This document shows positions 25,801 through 40,600 of a stretch of 64,000 nt of DNA, piece by piece. Origin of the DNA: Lingula anatina (Eukaryota; Animalia; Brachiopoda); the NCBI GenBank assembly GCA_051362555.1, contig CM120646.1:23932001-23996000 (forward strand). Direction: 5' to 3'. Each line of letters begins with the position of its first letter. Within the stretch, counting starts at the first letter, position 1. A program made the position numbers and the translations under genes. The notes under the pieces are model-generated. The model saw only the letters and a list, made by a program, of their open reading frames with translations, was not told the origin of the DNA and searched no databases.

Positions 25801-28800
25801 TCACCTTCATTATCACGTGGATACAGACAGAGGTCCTAGTTATTCCTCCTAACCATGTCTGTCTACAGGCAATGGGATTAATACCTTCAAAGTGTCCAAA
25901 AGGCAACATTTGATCATTGATAGGCAGTTAATCACAGCGCGTTCTATGAAATCAAACAATATTTGAAGTTACTGTAGATAACAACGCTGCACATACAGTT
26001 AGCGGCTATACGGCTGTACACCGTGCAATTAACTACGACGTTCCGTGAATTACCTGCAGATATGAGGAAAATCAATACTGACGTCATTGGTGCGACATCA
26101 TGCGTCCAGGTGTGTTAAACTTTGCCCTACAGCGGGACAGGTTTAGAGCTTATATAAGAATACATGAACCGTTTGTCATTTGTATATAAAAGATGCACGC
26201 AGGTCATCACGGCGCACTGCACCTGTATTAAACATTTAAAGCCTGACTTTTAGCAATAGCTTGCATACATGGGAATAGAATGAAGAGACGGGGGTCTCGG
26301 CCCCCTTTTTTTAGCACGTCAGTCCCAAGCTGGATACAGTCTGGAGTATGTTTGCAGATATATCCGATCCTGAATTAGGTTTAATTAGCACCATGTTTGT
26401 CAGATATTACTAGGAATATAAACCTCCTCTCTCTATATATATCAGGATGTATCTTCAGCTTCCAGGAATTGATGTTGGTGTTCATGATAATGTGTTCATG
26501 ATTGATAGATATTTGACGTTCAGCCAGGGCTCAGGGGCCCTCAGCCGTTTATGTTGTACAATGTCGGTGCATAGGCGGGAGCTGGTTGCTGTAATTAACA
26601 TAGAATAGAAATGTGCGTGCCAAGGAATTGTAGCCAGGAGGGAATGTGATACCTTTATACTATCGCGAAATGGAGAATCGGATACAAGAGAAGAAAACCA
26701 ACTCGCAGAAGTCAGGCAAAGGACCGTAACAGCAAGTCTTGTTATACCCATATAAAATACTGACTCCCGATCTTGAAAGTAATAATGGATTGACGATTTA
26801 AAGGTTACATTACACTTTGCTACTAAAAGGTTTATACCAATCAAAATATGTTTTTATCAGTTGCACACTGGAGAAAAACCGTACATTGTAGCATTCATTA
26901 TCACAGAACTTATTTTGTTTTACAGCGCATTCTAGACGAAAGTTGAAAAGAAATGAAACAACACATCAATTTGCGCACCTGCAGCTTTCGGGGTTGACGT
27001 CTCAGGTGCAAGAACTTAGACACCCATTACTGTCTTAACACATTTTAAGGCACTGGCAGCAGGAAAACGGTCACCATTTCTGTCAGCATTGAGAAGTGCC
27101 CCCGAGAAAAAACACGTCAATTCAAAACAGGTTGTCACGAACATTTCGCCAGTCTTGTATGATCCTAAATAAGTACTTATTGAATCATGTAGTTAGTTCT
27201 TCAAAGTGTCTCCGAGTATTTCACGCTGCATTCTTATCTGTGATTTCTGCTGAGGTTTCGGATAGCTTAATAAGTCTTGAAAATGGGTCACTTCATGTAA
27301 TTATGCCAGGAAAAGTCGAATTTTTCGATATCCAACATAGGGATGAAACGTTTTGTTTCTTGTTTGCGTTAGTTGTGAAAGATGTCACACGTAGCGCAAT
27401 GGCCCAGAGACGGTATTTGGAAATAGATGCAGATTTAGTGTGTCCTGTATACACAGGCCCATACTGTACATCATTACAGGCTTTATAGTGTGCTGGTCAA
27501 AGTTAGCCTCGATGTGGAAACGGGAAGTGGTCACGTTACCATAGAAACTGATAAAAGCCTGCAGCTCCAGAAGATCCAAGACTGGCGACGTGATTTTTGC
27601 ACTTTTTCAAAAGGTGCAAAGAACTGATTAACTTATTTAAAACATTGTGCATAATCCCACGAGTACACTTTACTATTCCATAATACAGGCCAGGTGAATG
27701 ATCACACCAATTTTGAATCTAAAACTTCTGAATTTCCAGCCACTCTCGAAATGAAAAATGGGAAATAGTAAATATCACTCATAACGGTAAAAAGAAAAAT
27801 TCAAAACTCGAGAAACAGGTTTGTAGATAAGAATTTCCACCGAAATATAGATAAGATTACCTTGTCTATTAAAGGGAAATTGCTGGATTTTTTTTTTTTG
27901 CTTTATAAATGTTAAAAGCGCATCGTATTTTTAAGCAATGTTTAACATAAACTGGATACATGTAAATAAATCAAATGTTCTAGACAAGAAACCAATCTAC
28001 ATTTGTTTAATACCAAGGGCCAGATATGGTTTGAAGGGGTTCGTAAATCACTTCAGTTTTCACCTGTCTCTGATCATGTCATGACTTTTAAATTAACTCT
28101 GAACGACCTTTTTGTAAGAAAGATGTTAAGTCAACTAACCAGACTTGAACACGGGTCACATATGGTACCGACATTAAGTAAGACATTAACTCCACCTGTG
28201 ACAATACTGCGTCTGTTATTGAGACATAAAAGCAGTTAAATGTTTTTACCCTGCTGCGAAAGCGTGAGGTCCTACATGGCCATTTGTGGCGGGGTTTTGT
28301 AGACTGCACCCAGTGTAGTGTGCGGTGTGGTGGACCAGTGAACACGACCAAATTGACAAAAAATTTGTTATGTTGATTTCATCATTTGACTTAATTATGA
28401 CAAAGACAGCTTCATCAACAAATGTAATTTTGAAAAAAAAATCAAAATTGTTTCACTGGTTAACAGCCAAATGGCGTCTCGGTGACAATCACGTATTCAA
28501 GACACGAATCATTCTTAAAAGCGCAAAATTATTGAACAACTTTTATTAACTCTTTTTTTCCTCTTCTTGAGGAATAATAATATTACGTATATCAAGAATA
28601 AATGTACATGCTTGCAAATAAAGATGCATGCACCTACAAATAAAACTCCCACATGCATCGACACAATCCGCCGTCCTTGACTAGACAGTAATCTTTTTAC
28701 TGGCGCTAAAATTAGCAGGGGGTCATAAAACGTATAGATTAAAATTTTTATTCCACATAATTAATTTGAGGAATAACGATGAATAATACAGCTGAAGAAA

Positions 28801-29649
28801 TAAATCTCGTCCGTGATCGTGGACAGTTTTCACAGAAGACAGCAATGACCTGATATAATATTTACAAACCTTTTCCATACCTTAGGTCAGAACTATCAGG
28901 GATGCTGTCACCCTCACCCTTAACTGTCTCTTTTCTGTTGATCTTCCTCTCATAACAAGAGCCATACCTGAATCACCATACCGACACAGTGTGGTTCAAC
29001 CAAACTCACTACCGGGAACTATGAGCTCATGTTCTTTTAAAGCTTGGTGTCTAATGCCTTAAATATAGTGTGCAAATCAGTAAATAATACCCAGTCATAA
29101 AGAGGGGACCACTAATGTGTCGCCTCCAAGCTAGGGTGCATCAATATCCAACGCTTTTGTCACATTTTATGAATCAGATCCAACGAATGTGAACAATGAC
29201 ATTCATATTTGACAAGCGTTAGTTGATGGTCTCATTTCATCAAAATTTGGCAACAAGTGATAAAAGCAGTGAAAATTAGACATCAAAGCTTTGCGAATGA
29301 TGTCATACGGGTTGTTAAAAACCGCTTTAACTGTAAGCAGAGGATGTGACACACGTCACGTGACTCTCCTGGCAGCGATCACAGCGCCCCAGGTGTCTTG
29401 TCAATAAGTTCAGCATGACAAGCACACTTCTGAACGTACACAACCTATGTGATGGTGCAAATCGTGAAAAAAACTGTCCGGGAAAGGGGAAAACACATCA
29501 TTAACGGATGAAAAATGGCGGAAGCGAACCTGGTTTTTAAGTCACACTTCTATTGTTCATTTATGACTTCGAACTAAGTTGATGTTGGAGTTCATCCCAG
29601 CGGAAATCCCAACAAATGGTTCACCGAAAAAAGTAATGGACGCATCAAG

Positions 29650-29657
29650 TATAAAAG
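29650..29657 (+). promoter_or_regulatory. Candidate TATA box of LPMO gene 1
   Basis: TATAAAAG about 160 bp upstream of the ATG; motif match only. Confidence 0.4.
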
Positions 29658-29811
29658 ATCCCTGATGCCGAATTTTTAAAAGACCTTTTGTTAAGTATCG
29701 TAGATGAGTTATGTACCTGGATCGCGGTAATTAAATATCATATAGGGGACATTTCTTGAAAGAAGCCAATCCTAAGAAAAACTTGCAGAACGAAACCGTA
29801 ATCAAACATCA

Positions 29812-32800
29812 ATGCAGCTACAATATTTGAGAATGAAATCTACAGTGATGGTGATATTGTTGGTGGTGCTTAACGAGCTCCTGCACACAGTCAGAGGACA
29901 CGGGATGTTGCTGGACCCCCCACAAAGGTCCAGCCTGTGGCGATTTCGGCGGGACGTGCCAACAAATTATAACGATAATCAGCTGTTTTGTGGAGGATTT
30001 CAGGTGAATATCAACTAATTTCTTTCGTGTGAAATCATTTTACATCTTTTATAAGTATCATTGTTTTAGAAATAATCTAGCTGTTATTGCATTTTATCTT
30101 CTGTAGGTATTTTTTCTTAAAAATTCAATGGCGCAAAAAACAATAAAAATAAAATAAAATAAAATAAAAAAATGCGCCATTTAAAAGCAATATTAATTTA
30201 AAACGTTACATAATAGAATTTAGATACTTGAAAACTTGGCAATGGTCCGTTAAGACGCCTAGATATCATGGGATATAATTGTAAGGGTGAGATAAAATTC
30301 CGATTATGTTTTACTTTGCCACGCGCATTTATTTCCCCTCCATTCAGTGGACAAGGAGTTCTTGTTAAATTGAAATAAACCTAGGCATCGGTTGAATTTC
30401 TGTACGCGCATTTTATATTCTATTATTTTTTAGGTAATTTCAGTGACTCCATGCGCTACGCATGCTGACATAACGTAACATAAAGCATAACGATATTTTA
30501 CCAATTGTGTAATCTGCTTTACTGGCAGGTTGTCCTTGACTATACTTGCAAAGGTAGAAAATAAAGCATTTTCAATGTCAGATTCGAGACTAAACCTCAA
30601 TATTAAAATTAAACTAAATATTTTGATATAAGGGGTAAAAACATTAAGGCACTACATATGTCTCTTTCTTTGTAATATTTTTTATATAAAAACAAAAAAT
30701 GGCATTCTTGAAGTTGGTCGAAATCCAAGTAAAACCAGGGGAAGATAGTAACGGCTTGCGGAACAATAAAATGAACAAAATCTATATTTATTGAAATTAC
30801 GCTAATCAAAATTAAACCACTTTTGGATAATTTGGTCATAAACTTTAATCATAAATGTCCACTTTCCGGGCCTATGTGATAGATTGAAATGGCCTTGAAG
30901 AGGAATAAATTGACCTATTCTATGTTTCTGGTCGTCTAACAACACAATGCAGCCGGCTAATTGCGGGAGGGTTCAGTAAAGTGGTTGTTTTTAAAGTCAG
31001 TGTTATGTGCGGGTTTCCTCGAGTAAATTAGATTGAAGATAATGGAGCAAAATGTGACAGTTTTGATGTTCGTGGTCGAGTTTTATATCTTTTATGGTCG
31101 TCATCATTATCTGAATTCTGCTAAAAGAAAATGCAATTCAAACTTTTTCTACTGGACATATAATCATTATGTGTTTATCCACATATACGCGGAGGTCGTT
31201 AAACTATTATGATTTTCAAAACGCACCACTTAGCAAACCGTCATTAACCGACTAGCCACTGTTCTAATTTTTGTCGCCTTTGGCCATAAGGATGAAATAA
31301 TTTTCAATGATTAAGAAACTGTTACATAGGAGCAAATTTGGAAGATTAAATTTGAAACTCAATATCACTATCCATTTCCTTCTTCCTAGGTTCAGTTCGA
31401 ACAAAATGGAGGCAAATGTGGAGTGTGTGGTGACCCCTGGGACGGACCGAGAGAAAACGAACCCCCGGGAATCTATGCTCAGCCAATCATCTCCGGGGCA
31501 TACTCTCGCGGTGACGTCATCAAGGTCCACGTGAAACTGACAGCCAATCACTGGGGCTGGTTTGAATTTCGTCTTTGTCCAAATGACAATTTTTACAAGA
31601 CTGTGACACAAGCTTGTTTAGACAGGTAGGTTACCATGTCGGATTCATCTGAATTATGAGAACTTACCTGGTAACAGTTTACAATATAATATAATATAAT
31701 ATAATATAATATAATATAATATAATATAATATAATATACACACATTGGATAATAGAAGTGTTACCCCTACTGAACCAATACTTTGGGGGAGATAAATGAC
31801 TGTGGAATGATATGCTCCTGGTATCATTTTATTAACATCAAATTACACAAAAAGACCAACAGTACAATTCCATGGTACAGCGGTTTATACTCGTAAGTCA
31901 CATTATAAGTAGACCAGGCATTAGGCCTATAACTGCTCAAGATCTAACTACTTTGATTACTCTGATTCAGGGTGTGACACTTCTATTGTCCATTTTTGTA
32001 ATATAATATAATATAATGCAATACTTTCACAAAATCATGTAAACGCGTTCCTTCCCGTCGAGTCAAGTAGGTACAATTCCTCTTAGTGTCCTATTGAATA
32101 CTTTATCATGTCTTCGTGGCCACCAGTTACTTACATTTCATAAGGATTTAAGTTTCGACATTAATATTGATAACGTGAGCACTGCTTTCACTGCAGGCAC
32201 CTGCTGAGACTAGCTGATGGCACGGGCACCAGGTGGCACATCCCCAGGACAGCCCCCTTCCAAAGCGACTTTTACATCTTGCTGAAATTACCGGAGGACG
32301 TGTTTTGTGAAAAACAGTGTGTTATGCAGTGGATGTACAATACAGGTACAAAGCTTGAATAAACTGTTATTTAAAAAGCTACATTGAGCCCAATATTACC
32401 TTTACTTGTCACTGTGCTTGATTATCATCATACGGTATTCTGTAACCTTCATGATACTTTCCATCACCTGCCTGGTGACATTTATTTGGTATTATATGTA
32501 ATAGTGCATCAACCAACACCTTTTCATTGTCTGTGGCAAGCTTTCCATAGAGTTATAATATTAATGTTGTTATTTTAGGCAATAGTTGGGGCAGGGACCC
32601 GGTGACCTTAGAAAGCTGTATCGGATGTGGGAACCAGGAAAACTTTATCAACTGCGCTGACGTCACCATCTCCGAACAATCACCTACCGTCCTGCCAGCG
32701 TCTGGATCACGTGGCTGCATCGGCCGGCCTCGGGGTCAGCACAATGGCGTGTTTGGCGCGAAATTATATTGCAGAGACACGTGCACGGCTGACGTCTGCG

Positions 32801-33348
32801 ACACCAGGTACTGCGTGTGCAAGACCATGAGCGCTGAAAACGAAGGGTCACTTTACCGTCATTGTCATCCATGGCCACGAAGGTCCTTTTACACGAAGTA
32901 TGGCAGCATGAACTCACTGGGTTACTGTAGAAACCACTGCTCTCTCGCCTCCTTGTGCGCAACTCAGTCAAACTGGTGCTTCTGCGGCGCAGAGCCGTTC
33001 AGGGGTTATAACTCAACAGAACTAAGAACGCCAGGCGAGGAAATTGATCCAATACCACAGAAAATACATTACCCAGTAGACAACTCACACGACCAGGGCA
33101 GTCCAGACGCCCAAGACGGCCTTAAACCATTGCCCCCACCTCTAACACTGGACACACCCAAACCTGAGCATTCCACAGAAACGCAAAGTGCCAAAATGGA
33201 GTGCGTACCCAAAGGCAAATGGAAATCTCGACCTGGAACAAACAAATGGTGTCGGGAACTCTGCCCAGAATCCCCAGCAGGCTGTTCTAGGCCAGGGCTT
33301 ATGGTGGTCTGTACTTGTAAACTAAAAGATATGGTGTTGATTTTATAG
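29812..33348 (+). CDS. Secreted lytic polysaccharide monooxygenase (AA15/chitin-binding type-4 domain) with intact histidine brace and three C-terminal 6-Cys modules, ~448 aa
   Basis: Exons 29812-30003 (alternative ATG 29833), 31390-31625, 32197-32345, 32579-33348. The signal peptide ends VRG|HGMLLDPPQRSS, giving His1. Other motifs: CGVCGDPW, LTANHWGWFEFRLC (second His), CVMQWMYNTGNSWG, GCGNQENFINCADV. Confidence 0.9.
31683..31737. repeat. (AATAT)n microsatellite
   Basis: About 11 perfect units in intron 2 of LPMO gene 1. Confidence 0.9.
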
Positions 33349-34696
33349 CGTAATTAAAATTGTAAAAAATAATTGTTGCTAGGTACGGCGTAAGGAGGTG
33401 ACTGCATCAGAGGATATAAAACCACGACAGGCACATGGCGATAGAGCAAGACATGAAATTAAGTCCGAAAAAACTGACAATGAAATAACTACATGTAAAA
33501 ATGAAGAACTTTGAAAGTTTTTGAAACAATGTTTAATGCAACTATGTAGGGAATTCGCAGTGTGTAAATGTAACGGTGCAGTGGGTAATACGGAAGTTCG
33601 GCAGGCCTTATTATGGATACAAAGGACAAATAAATCAGAGTAGATGACAAGCGAACAAGCTAAAATGCAAAAATTGAAACAACTTGGTTTACAATTGTAC
33701 CCATATTACCTGGGGTTCTCTCTGCGCCGTTTGATCTATTTAAGATAAACGCTTCATTTAAAAGCGCGAAAACGTTGGCAAGACGGATGGGTAGTATCCT
33801 GAAGGTTATTCAAATACGTCACTTAATGTAGAGCATACCCCATGAATAAAGTCTCGTATAGACGTATTTTTAGCACTCGAGCATCCTTCAATAAAAATTA
33901 TTTAGTCGCGCAGCGTTTGATTTTTTTTTCACATTTGTTGCAGTATTATTCAACACGAGGCATGTACATATTTCAACTAAATGGAAGTATTCTGGTGACC
34001 AACATACAAACAAATCTACACGATCTATGGTATGCAGAACCTTGATGATTTATAGCCTCAAAATATCAAAAAGGACAAAGTTTAAACTTACATTATCTAT
34101 TTTGTATCAGCACGCAATACTGCGTCTGGTATTGTCTATTATATCTTTATATTGAATTAAAGGGATGACGATCAACGTCTTATCCTATATATGTGACGAC
34201 AGGAAATGATGTTAATATCAAGTTAATATACCCTATTTGAGCAGTCAGTTGGCGGGCGTTATCTATGTCTGCCCCGGGGGTAGGTAGGGGTGGGTCTGCC
34301 CCGGGGGTAGCAGGGAGTAGGCGGGGCTGGTAATACGTGCTCATTTAGTCATGGGAGAGGAGGGAAGGGATGACTGTGTGCTCATATCCTCTTTACATCG
34401 TAATTCAGTTGATTTACATCTATTACAGCAGCTGGTAATACTTTGGAATATATCCACTTTTGTCTTGTTTGAAGACGAGTGTCACTGAAGTATACAATAG
34501 TCGACACAGAACGGTGTAGTAACGCAGGTGACAGCAATGTTCAACTAGTGTGTGATACAATACAGCGATCAACACATGATAAGACTTAGTCTTAGGAAGT
34601 GAGACACAAAACTGGCCGAGGTTGAAAACGTGAAGAGAACCGAGGATAAGTTTTGTCTGAAGAGTGCACCAGTAGGGATTGGCGGGTGTGTTCAAA

Positions 34697-37600
34697 ATGA
34701 ATAATTTGGATTATAAGCACAGAGGAGGTAGACGTCACTGTGTATTATTGGTGGCCGCCATATGGACAGTGGTCGCAGTAGACGTCGTGCAGGGTAACGG
34801 ACGGCTGGTCTCCCCTCCTATGAGGTCCAGCGCGTGGAGATTTGGGTTCCCCACCCCCAGAAATTACGACGATCACGCTCTGAACTGCGGTGGATGGCAT
34901 GTAAGTACTGGTACTTCACATACTGTACATGTATGTTTTATTACACGCTGCGTGTGTGCGTGTGTGCGTGTGTGCATGTGTGCACCCGTGTGAGAAGATG
35001 TATGACGGTCCACGAAAGTCCAGAAGATTGAGTTATAAAAACATGAAATCAATAAAATAACCATAATTATTGAAAAGTCTTTCCTCGAAATATAGATGAG
35101 ATCTGTATCAATAGCAAATTAATATTTACCAAATAAAAAATAAATTAAGAAATGTATAAATGGACTGTGTTTATAGATTGAACGTGTAACCATAAACAAA
35201 AGAGGAACATGTTATACCAGATAAGTGTGTATATCTCTTACTGCGTAAATGACTTTTCCTACTATTAGGCGAGAAAAAAAGTCTTTTTCATTTCATAAAT
35301 GACATCATTATTATTATAAAGTATAAAACGTCTGTTTGCTTTCCAACGATTCTATGCTAAGATATATCTTATGAAATCCCCTGTTTCAGGCCAAAATAAT
35401 AACATCCTCGCATCTTCAGTTCACGAAAAAAATCAGTTTTGTGCGAAAAAATTTATTACTGAAAAATAATTAAAAATACATTTGAGACGTAATTGTAGGT
35501 ATTTTTCATTAAACAGTTAAAACTGCAGATGCTTGACAAGAAAAAATGAATGGCACCGATGGATAACAACTTTTAAGTTTTTAAAAAATGCAAAAAAAGT
35601 GAACTTTGATGAAATATGACTATTAATCAGCTCGGGCCATGAACTGCGATATGTATCTTAGTAAAAACAAGGTTGATAGCATCAAGAGGAGAGAACTTGT
35701 AACAAATGACCTATAGGGTGTCACGTCACGTCAACTAAGGTGTGAAGAAGAAGTAAAAACACAATGTTTTTGTGTTAGGAGATCTATCATCATTACGTCA
35801 TGATACCTCCATATCTGAACTCTCCATGTGTGTTCAGAGGAAGACTTGGGTGTCATATTCAGGGGTGGATCCAGCGATATTTTCTTACAGTCATCCAAAA
35901 TATCATTGTTGATCCAGCCTCCATTTTGACCCTCTTGCAACAGAAAAAATTACATACTCATTAACGTGAACTTGAAAATCTAACTGTCTTCCGGAAGACC
36001 CAGAAGACGGTCTAAATCCGCCCCTGTATATTGTATTAACTCCCATCGTGTCATTGACCTGATGTTGTAGCCTAATATTCATAGTAACCTTGAGGTTGAT
36101 TTGTCTATGCTATGTCCGTATATAGGAGCAGATATCGCGTAAAACAGATTGTGGTTAAATTCCTTGAACAAGTCAAATCAATGTCTTAAAATGAGAATGA
36201 AATAGCTATGGACTAACAAGTAATTCAGCAAAAGTATAATTATTAGATACCAACTTTTGCCCACGTTTCACTGACTCACATGTATAAATGCAACTGTTAT
36301 TCATAGTTCTTTTCCTCTCGTTCAAAACTTTGTAGCCCGAGGCGTTTAGGCGGTATGGTACGTCACGGAAATGGATAATAAAGTTAATCACAGTACATGT
36401 AAATATCATGTCTGAAGGCTAGCTATGGTATACATCCATGTTGAAGTTGACTTGTTTTTGCGTGCGTGATTAATATACGTGAAACCACAAATCACTGCAT
36501 CTCAGGGGCCATTGTTTTGGAAAATACTCTGAATTTAGTATTTTTAAATCTTTATTAATTCAATCATTTAGTTTAAGACATAAGAACCTCTTAATTTCCC
36601 TAAAACCAGTTTCGAAGATCGCGTTATCCAAAGATGAGAGCCCGTTGGGGCTTCATTATAAAAGGACTATTTAATGTATTGTGGGGTCTTGGGGTTATAT
36701 TAAAGCACCCTCACATGCAAATTTCCATAAAAAAGAAAAGGGAGATGGAAAAAAGATAAAAGGCCTTTACCTGTTAATTTGATGAAGAGTAGGATTAGCT
36801 AAAGTTAAATGACCCGTACCCAGCAATATACATTTTTTTTAAGTGTAACCTTTTACCCTATCAGTTTACCAAACTAGACCAAGTGTTAATGTTTGAATTC
36901 AGTGTGGGCCTCTGATGTGTACGCCCTGCATATACCAGTATAATCAGAATCGATAAAGTAAGCAATCGACCGAAGTCGTATACTTGATATAGTAATAAAT
37001 AAATAGTCAAGCGTCGGACATTAATTAATGAGATCTTTTACAAAATGAATAATGAAGGATCTGCTTTGTATAATACATTTGTTTTTTTTTATTTGCCTGT
37101 TCATATGTTTGTTTTTTTATTTAAAATGTTTCCAAGACAAACAGTCATAGATATACATGTGTTTATTGTAGAACCTGTGGGAGGTAAACAACGGACACTG
37201 TGGGGTATGTGGCGACCCCTTCCAGGGCCCCAGAGATAACGAGGCAGGGGGCAGGTTTGCCACGGGGTACCTGACTGCTGTCTTTACACAGGTAAATATA
37301 CAGGTTTGTCACGGGGTACCTGACTGCCGTCTTTACACAGGTAAATATACAGGTTTGTCACGGGGTACCTGACTGCTGTCTTTACACAGGTAAATATACA
37401 GGTTTGTCACCTGGTACCTGACTGCTGTCTTTACACAGGTAAATATACAGGTTTGTCACCTGGTACCTGACTGCTGTCTTTACACAGGTAAATATACAGG
37501 TTTGTCACGGGGTACCTGACTGCCGTCTTTAACACAGGTAAATATACAGGTTTGTCACCTGGTACCTGACTGCTGTCTTTACACAGGTAAATATACAGGT

Positions 37601-40600
37601 TTGTCACCTGGTACCTGACTGCCGTCTTTAACACAGGTAAATATACAGGTTTGTCACGGGGTACCTGACTGCTGTCTTTACACAGGTAAATATACAGGTT
37701 TGTCACGGGGTACCTGACTGCTGTCTTTACACAGGTAAATATACAGGTTTGTCACGGGGTACCTGACTGCCGTCTTTAACACAGGTAAATATACAGGTTT
37801 GTCACGGGGTACCTGACTGCTGTCTTTACACAGGTAAATATACAGGTTTGTCACGGGGTACCTGACTGCTGTCTTTACACAGGTAAATATACAGGTTTGT
37901 CACGGGGTACCTGACTGCTGTCTTTACACAGGTAAATATACAGGTTTGTCACGGGGTACCTGACTGCTGTCTTTACACAGGTAAATATACAGGTTTTTCA
38001 CGGGGTACCTGACTGCTGTCTTTACACAGGTAAATATACAGGTTTGTCACCTGGTACCTGACTGCTGTCTTTACACAGGTAAATATACAGGTTTGTCACG
38101 GGGTACCTGACTGCTGTCTTTACACAGGTAAATATACAGGTTTGTCACGGGGTACCTGACTGCTGTCTTTACACAGGTAAATATACAGGTTTGTCACGGG
38201 GTACCTGACTGCTGTCTTTACACAGGTAAACATACAGGTTTGTCACGGGGTACCTGACTGCTGTCTTTACACAGGTAAATATGCAGGAAACTGTGGGAGC
38301 CGTGTTGTGTAGGGCGAGGAACTGAAATCGATGACGTAATCATGTTACTCTTTTCTCGTTGGCAGAGAGGACACATTTGGCTAAAACAATTCAATCTCCA
38401 CTGCATGTATATACGGAGTGTTAAAGAGAATCAGCTAGAGAAATCAAAAGACACGCAATGTCTGTGTTGGTGATTTCAGTATAAAACAATAAGTATTTTC
38501 GTTTTAAGTCAACGTGTCTTATTATATACACTTGGCACAATAGCCAGTGTCAACATTATAATAAGCTGTCTAGTTTCCTCTTTTGTTTATCACAATAGGG
38601 ACAAACCATACAAACTGTAATTGAATTCACCGCAAACAAACTCGGGGGATGGATCGAGTTCCGTGTGTGCCCTGTGGAAAACGAAACTGTTCCCGTGACA
38701 CAAGCTTGTCTTGACCAGCATCTGCTACGGTTTATGGATGGCAGTGCACGCCACCCTTTACCTGTGAACTTTACAACTGGGTATCATAGCTATAGTTTAC
38801 AACTACCGTACGACGTGCATGGGTTCCACTGTGTGTTGCAATGGAAGTACGTTACAGGTAATGGAAAACTGCACCAATTTCAATTCATCATTAGTAAGGT
38901 TTTGCAGTCATATTCAAGTTCGAGTTATTCAATACTATATTTTTTTTTTGTATATTTTTGTGTACATGTATGTGAATCTGCATAAATAGATGTTATACCT
39001 TTATGTTAATAATGTTTTATTTTTATTTAAAATATCAGCCAATAGTTGGGGATTGGATGCAGCGACGGGGAAGTACTGCCGAGGGTGTGGCGCTCAGGAG
39101 ACGTTTTACAACTGTGCCGATATTGCCATTCTTGAAGGCGACACGACGACCACCTCAGCAGCAACAACAACAAAAACAACAGGGGCTGCGAGCACAGCGC
39201 AATCAGCTACCACACAGTCATCGTCATCAACTACATCGCCGATAACTTCTCCTGTTACAGAAACAACAATGCCAGCTTCACCAACAATTACATCGTCAGC
39301 AGAGCTCACATCGACACAACTACCAACATCAACCAGAACAACAATTTCACCACCTTTAAACAGTACCGGTACACTCACAGAAACAGCAACACAGATAATG
39401 ACAACACTTGAACTGACGACTCCAACAACATCGACACTGCCAACAACAATGATGTCGACATCAACACCAACGATAACACCACCTACTACCCCGCCCATAT
39501 CAACAACAAAATTGACAACACAGTCTACCACACCAACTTCAACACCAATAATAACAACATTTACTACCACATCAACTTCAACACTGCCAACAACAGCAAA
39601 TGCCACCACCCCAACGCCAACACCGACAACAACGAAGCAAACTACCACACAAATATCAAACCCGACAGCAACGACATATTCTACCACACCAACTTCAACA
39701 CTGATAACAGCAACGCACACGGCCATTCCAACAGCAACACCGGCAACAACAATACTTAGTAATACACCAACATTAACACCGACAAAATCAACAATAATTA
39801 CTACTACGCATACATCAATACCAACAACAAGAACACTTACTATAACACCAACATCAACACCAGCAACAACAATAATTACTACCGCACCAACATTAACACC
39901 GACAATAACAACAACGATTACTGCCACGCATACATCGACAACAACGACACATCCTACTTCTCCCACATCAACACCAACAACAACGACACTCACTACTACG
40001 CCCACATCAACACCAACAACAACAACATTCACTACTACGCCCACATCAACAACGTCAACAAAGGCATATTCTACCACACCAACTTCACCAGGAACAACAG
40101 CAACACTCACGACTAAACCACTTTCAACACCATCAACAACGACACATACTACAATGCCCACATCAACGACTCTTGTGTCAACCAATAAGCCAATAGCTAC
40201 GACGCCGTTATTAACGACGACGGCGACCCAAACAGGAACATCAACCCCGGGAACAACAAAGGTATTGCAGGCAACAGTAACAGTGTCGACAACAAAAGAT
40301 ACATTCTCAAGATCTTCCACTGCTTCCACTACAATAGAGCCTACAACTACAGCCACATCCACCGGCTCAGCCAAAATGACAACATTAGCGCAAATAACAA
40401 CAACACCGATAATAACAACAGACGGGGAAACCACAGCACCAGCATTTAAGACAGCAGCGTCAACGACGCCAACAGCGGTTACAAAGAGGACAACAACAAT
40501 AATCATTCCAACAGTAGCAGAAATAACATCAACCACGTCGCCAGAAATAGTGTTGCCATCTTTTCCAACAGCAACAGTTACAACTAAAGGTATAGCGACA

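Noticed and set aside
27869-29040. Possible Kolobok-like element (TTAAAGG...CTTTTAA)
   Set aside because: Terminal similarity too weak to define TIRs.
23000-29600. Short ORFs (64-130 aa) between GCNT and LPMO gene 1
   Set aside because: No recognisable domains or consistent exon chain; probably intergenic or UTR-intron sequence.
37292-38598. Intron created de novo by the tandem duplication
   Set aside because: About 310 bp of unique intron with its own acceptor follows the array, so the intron pre-dates the amplification.
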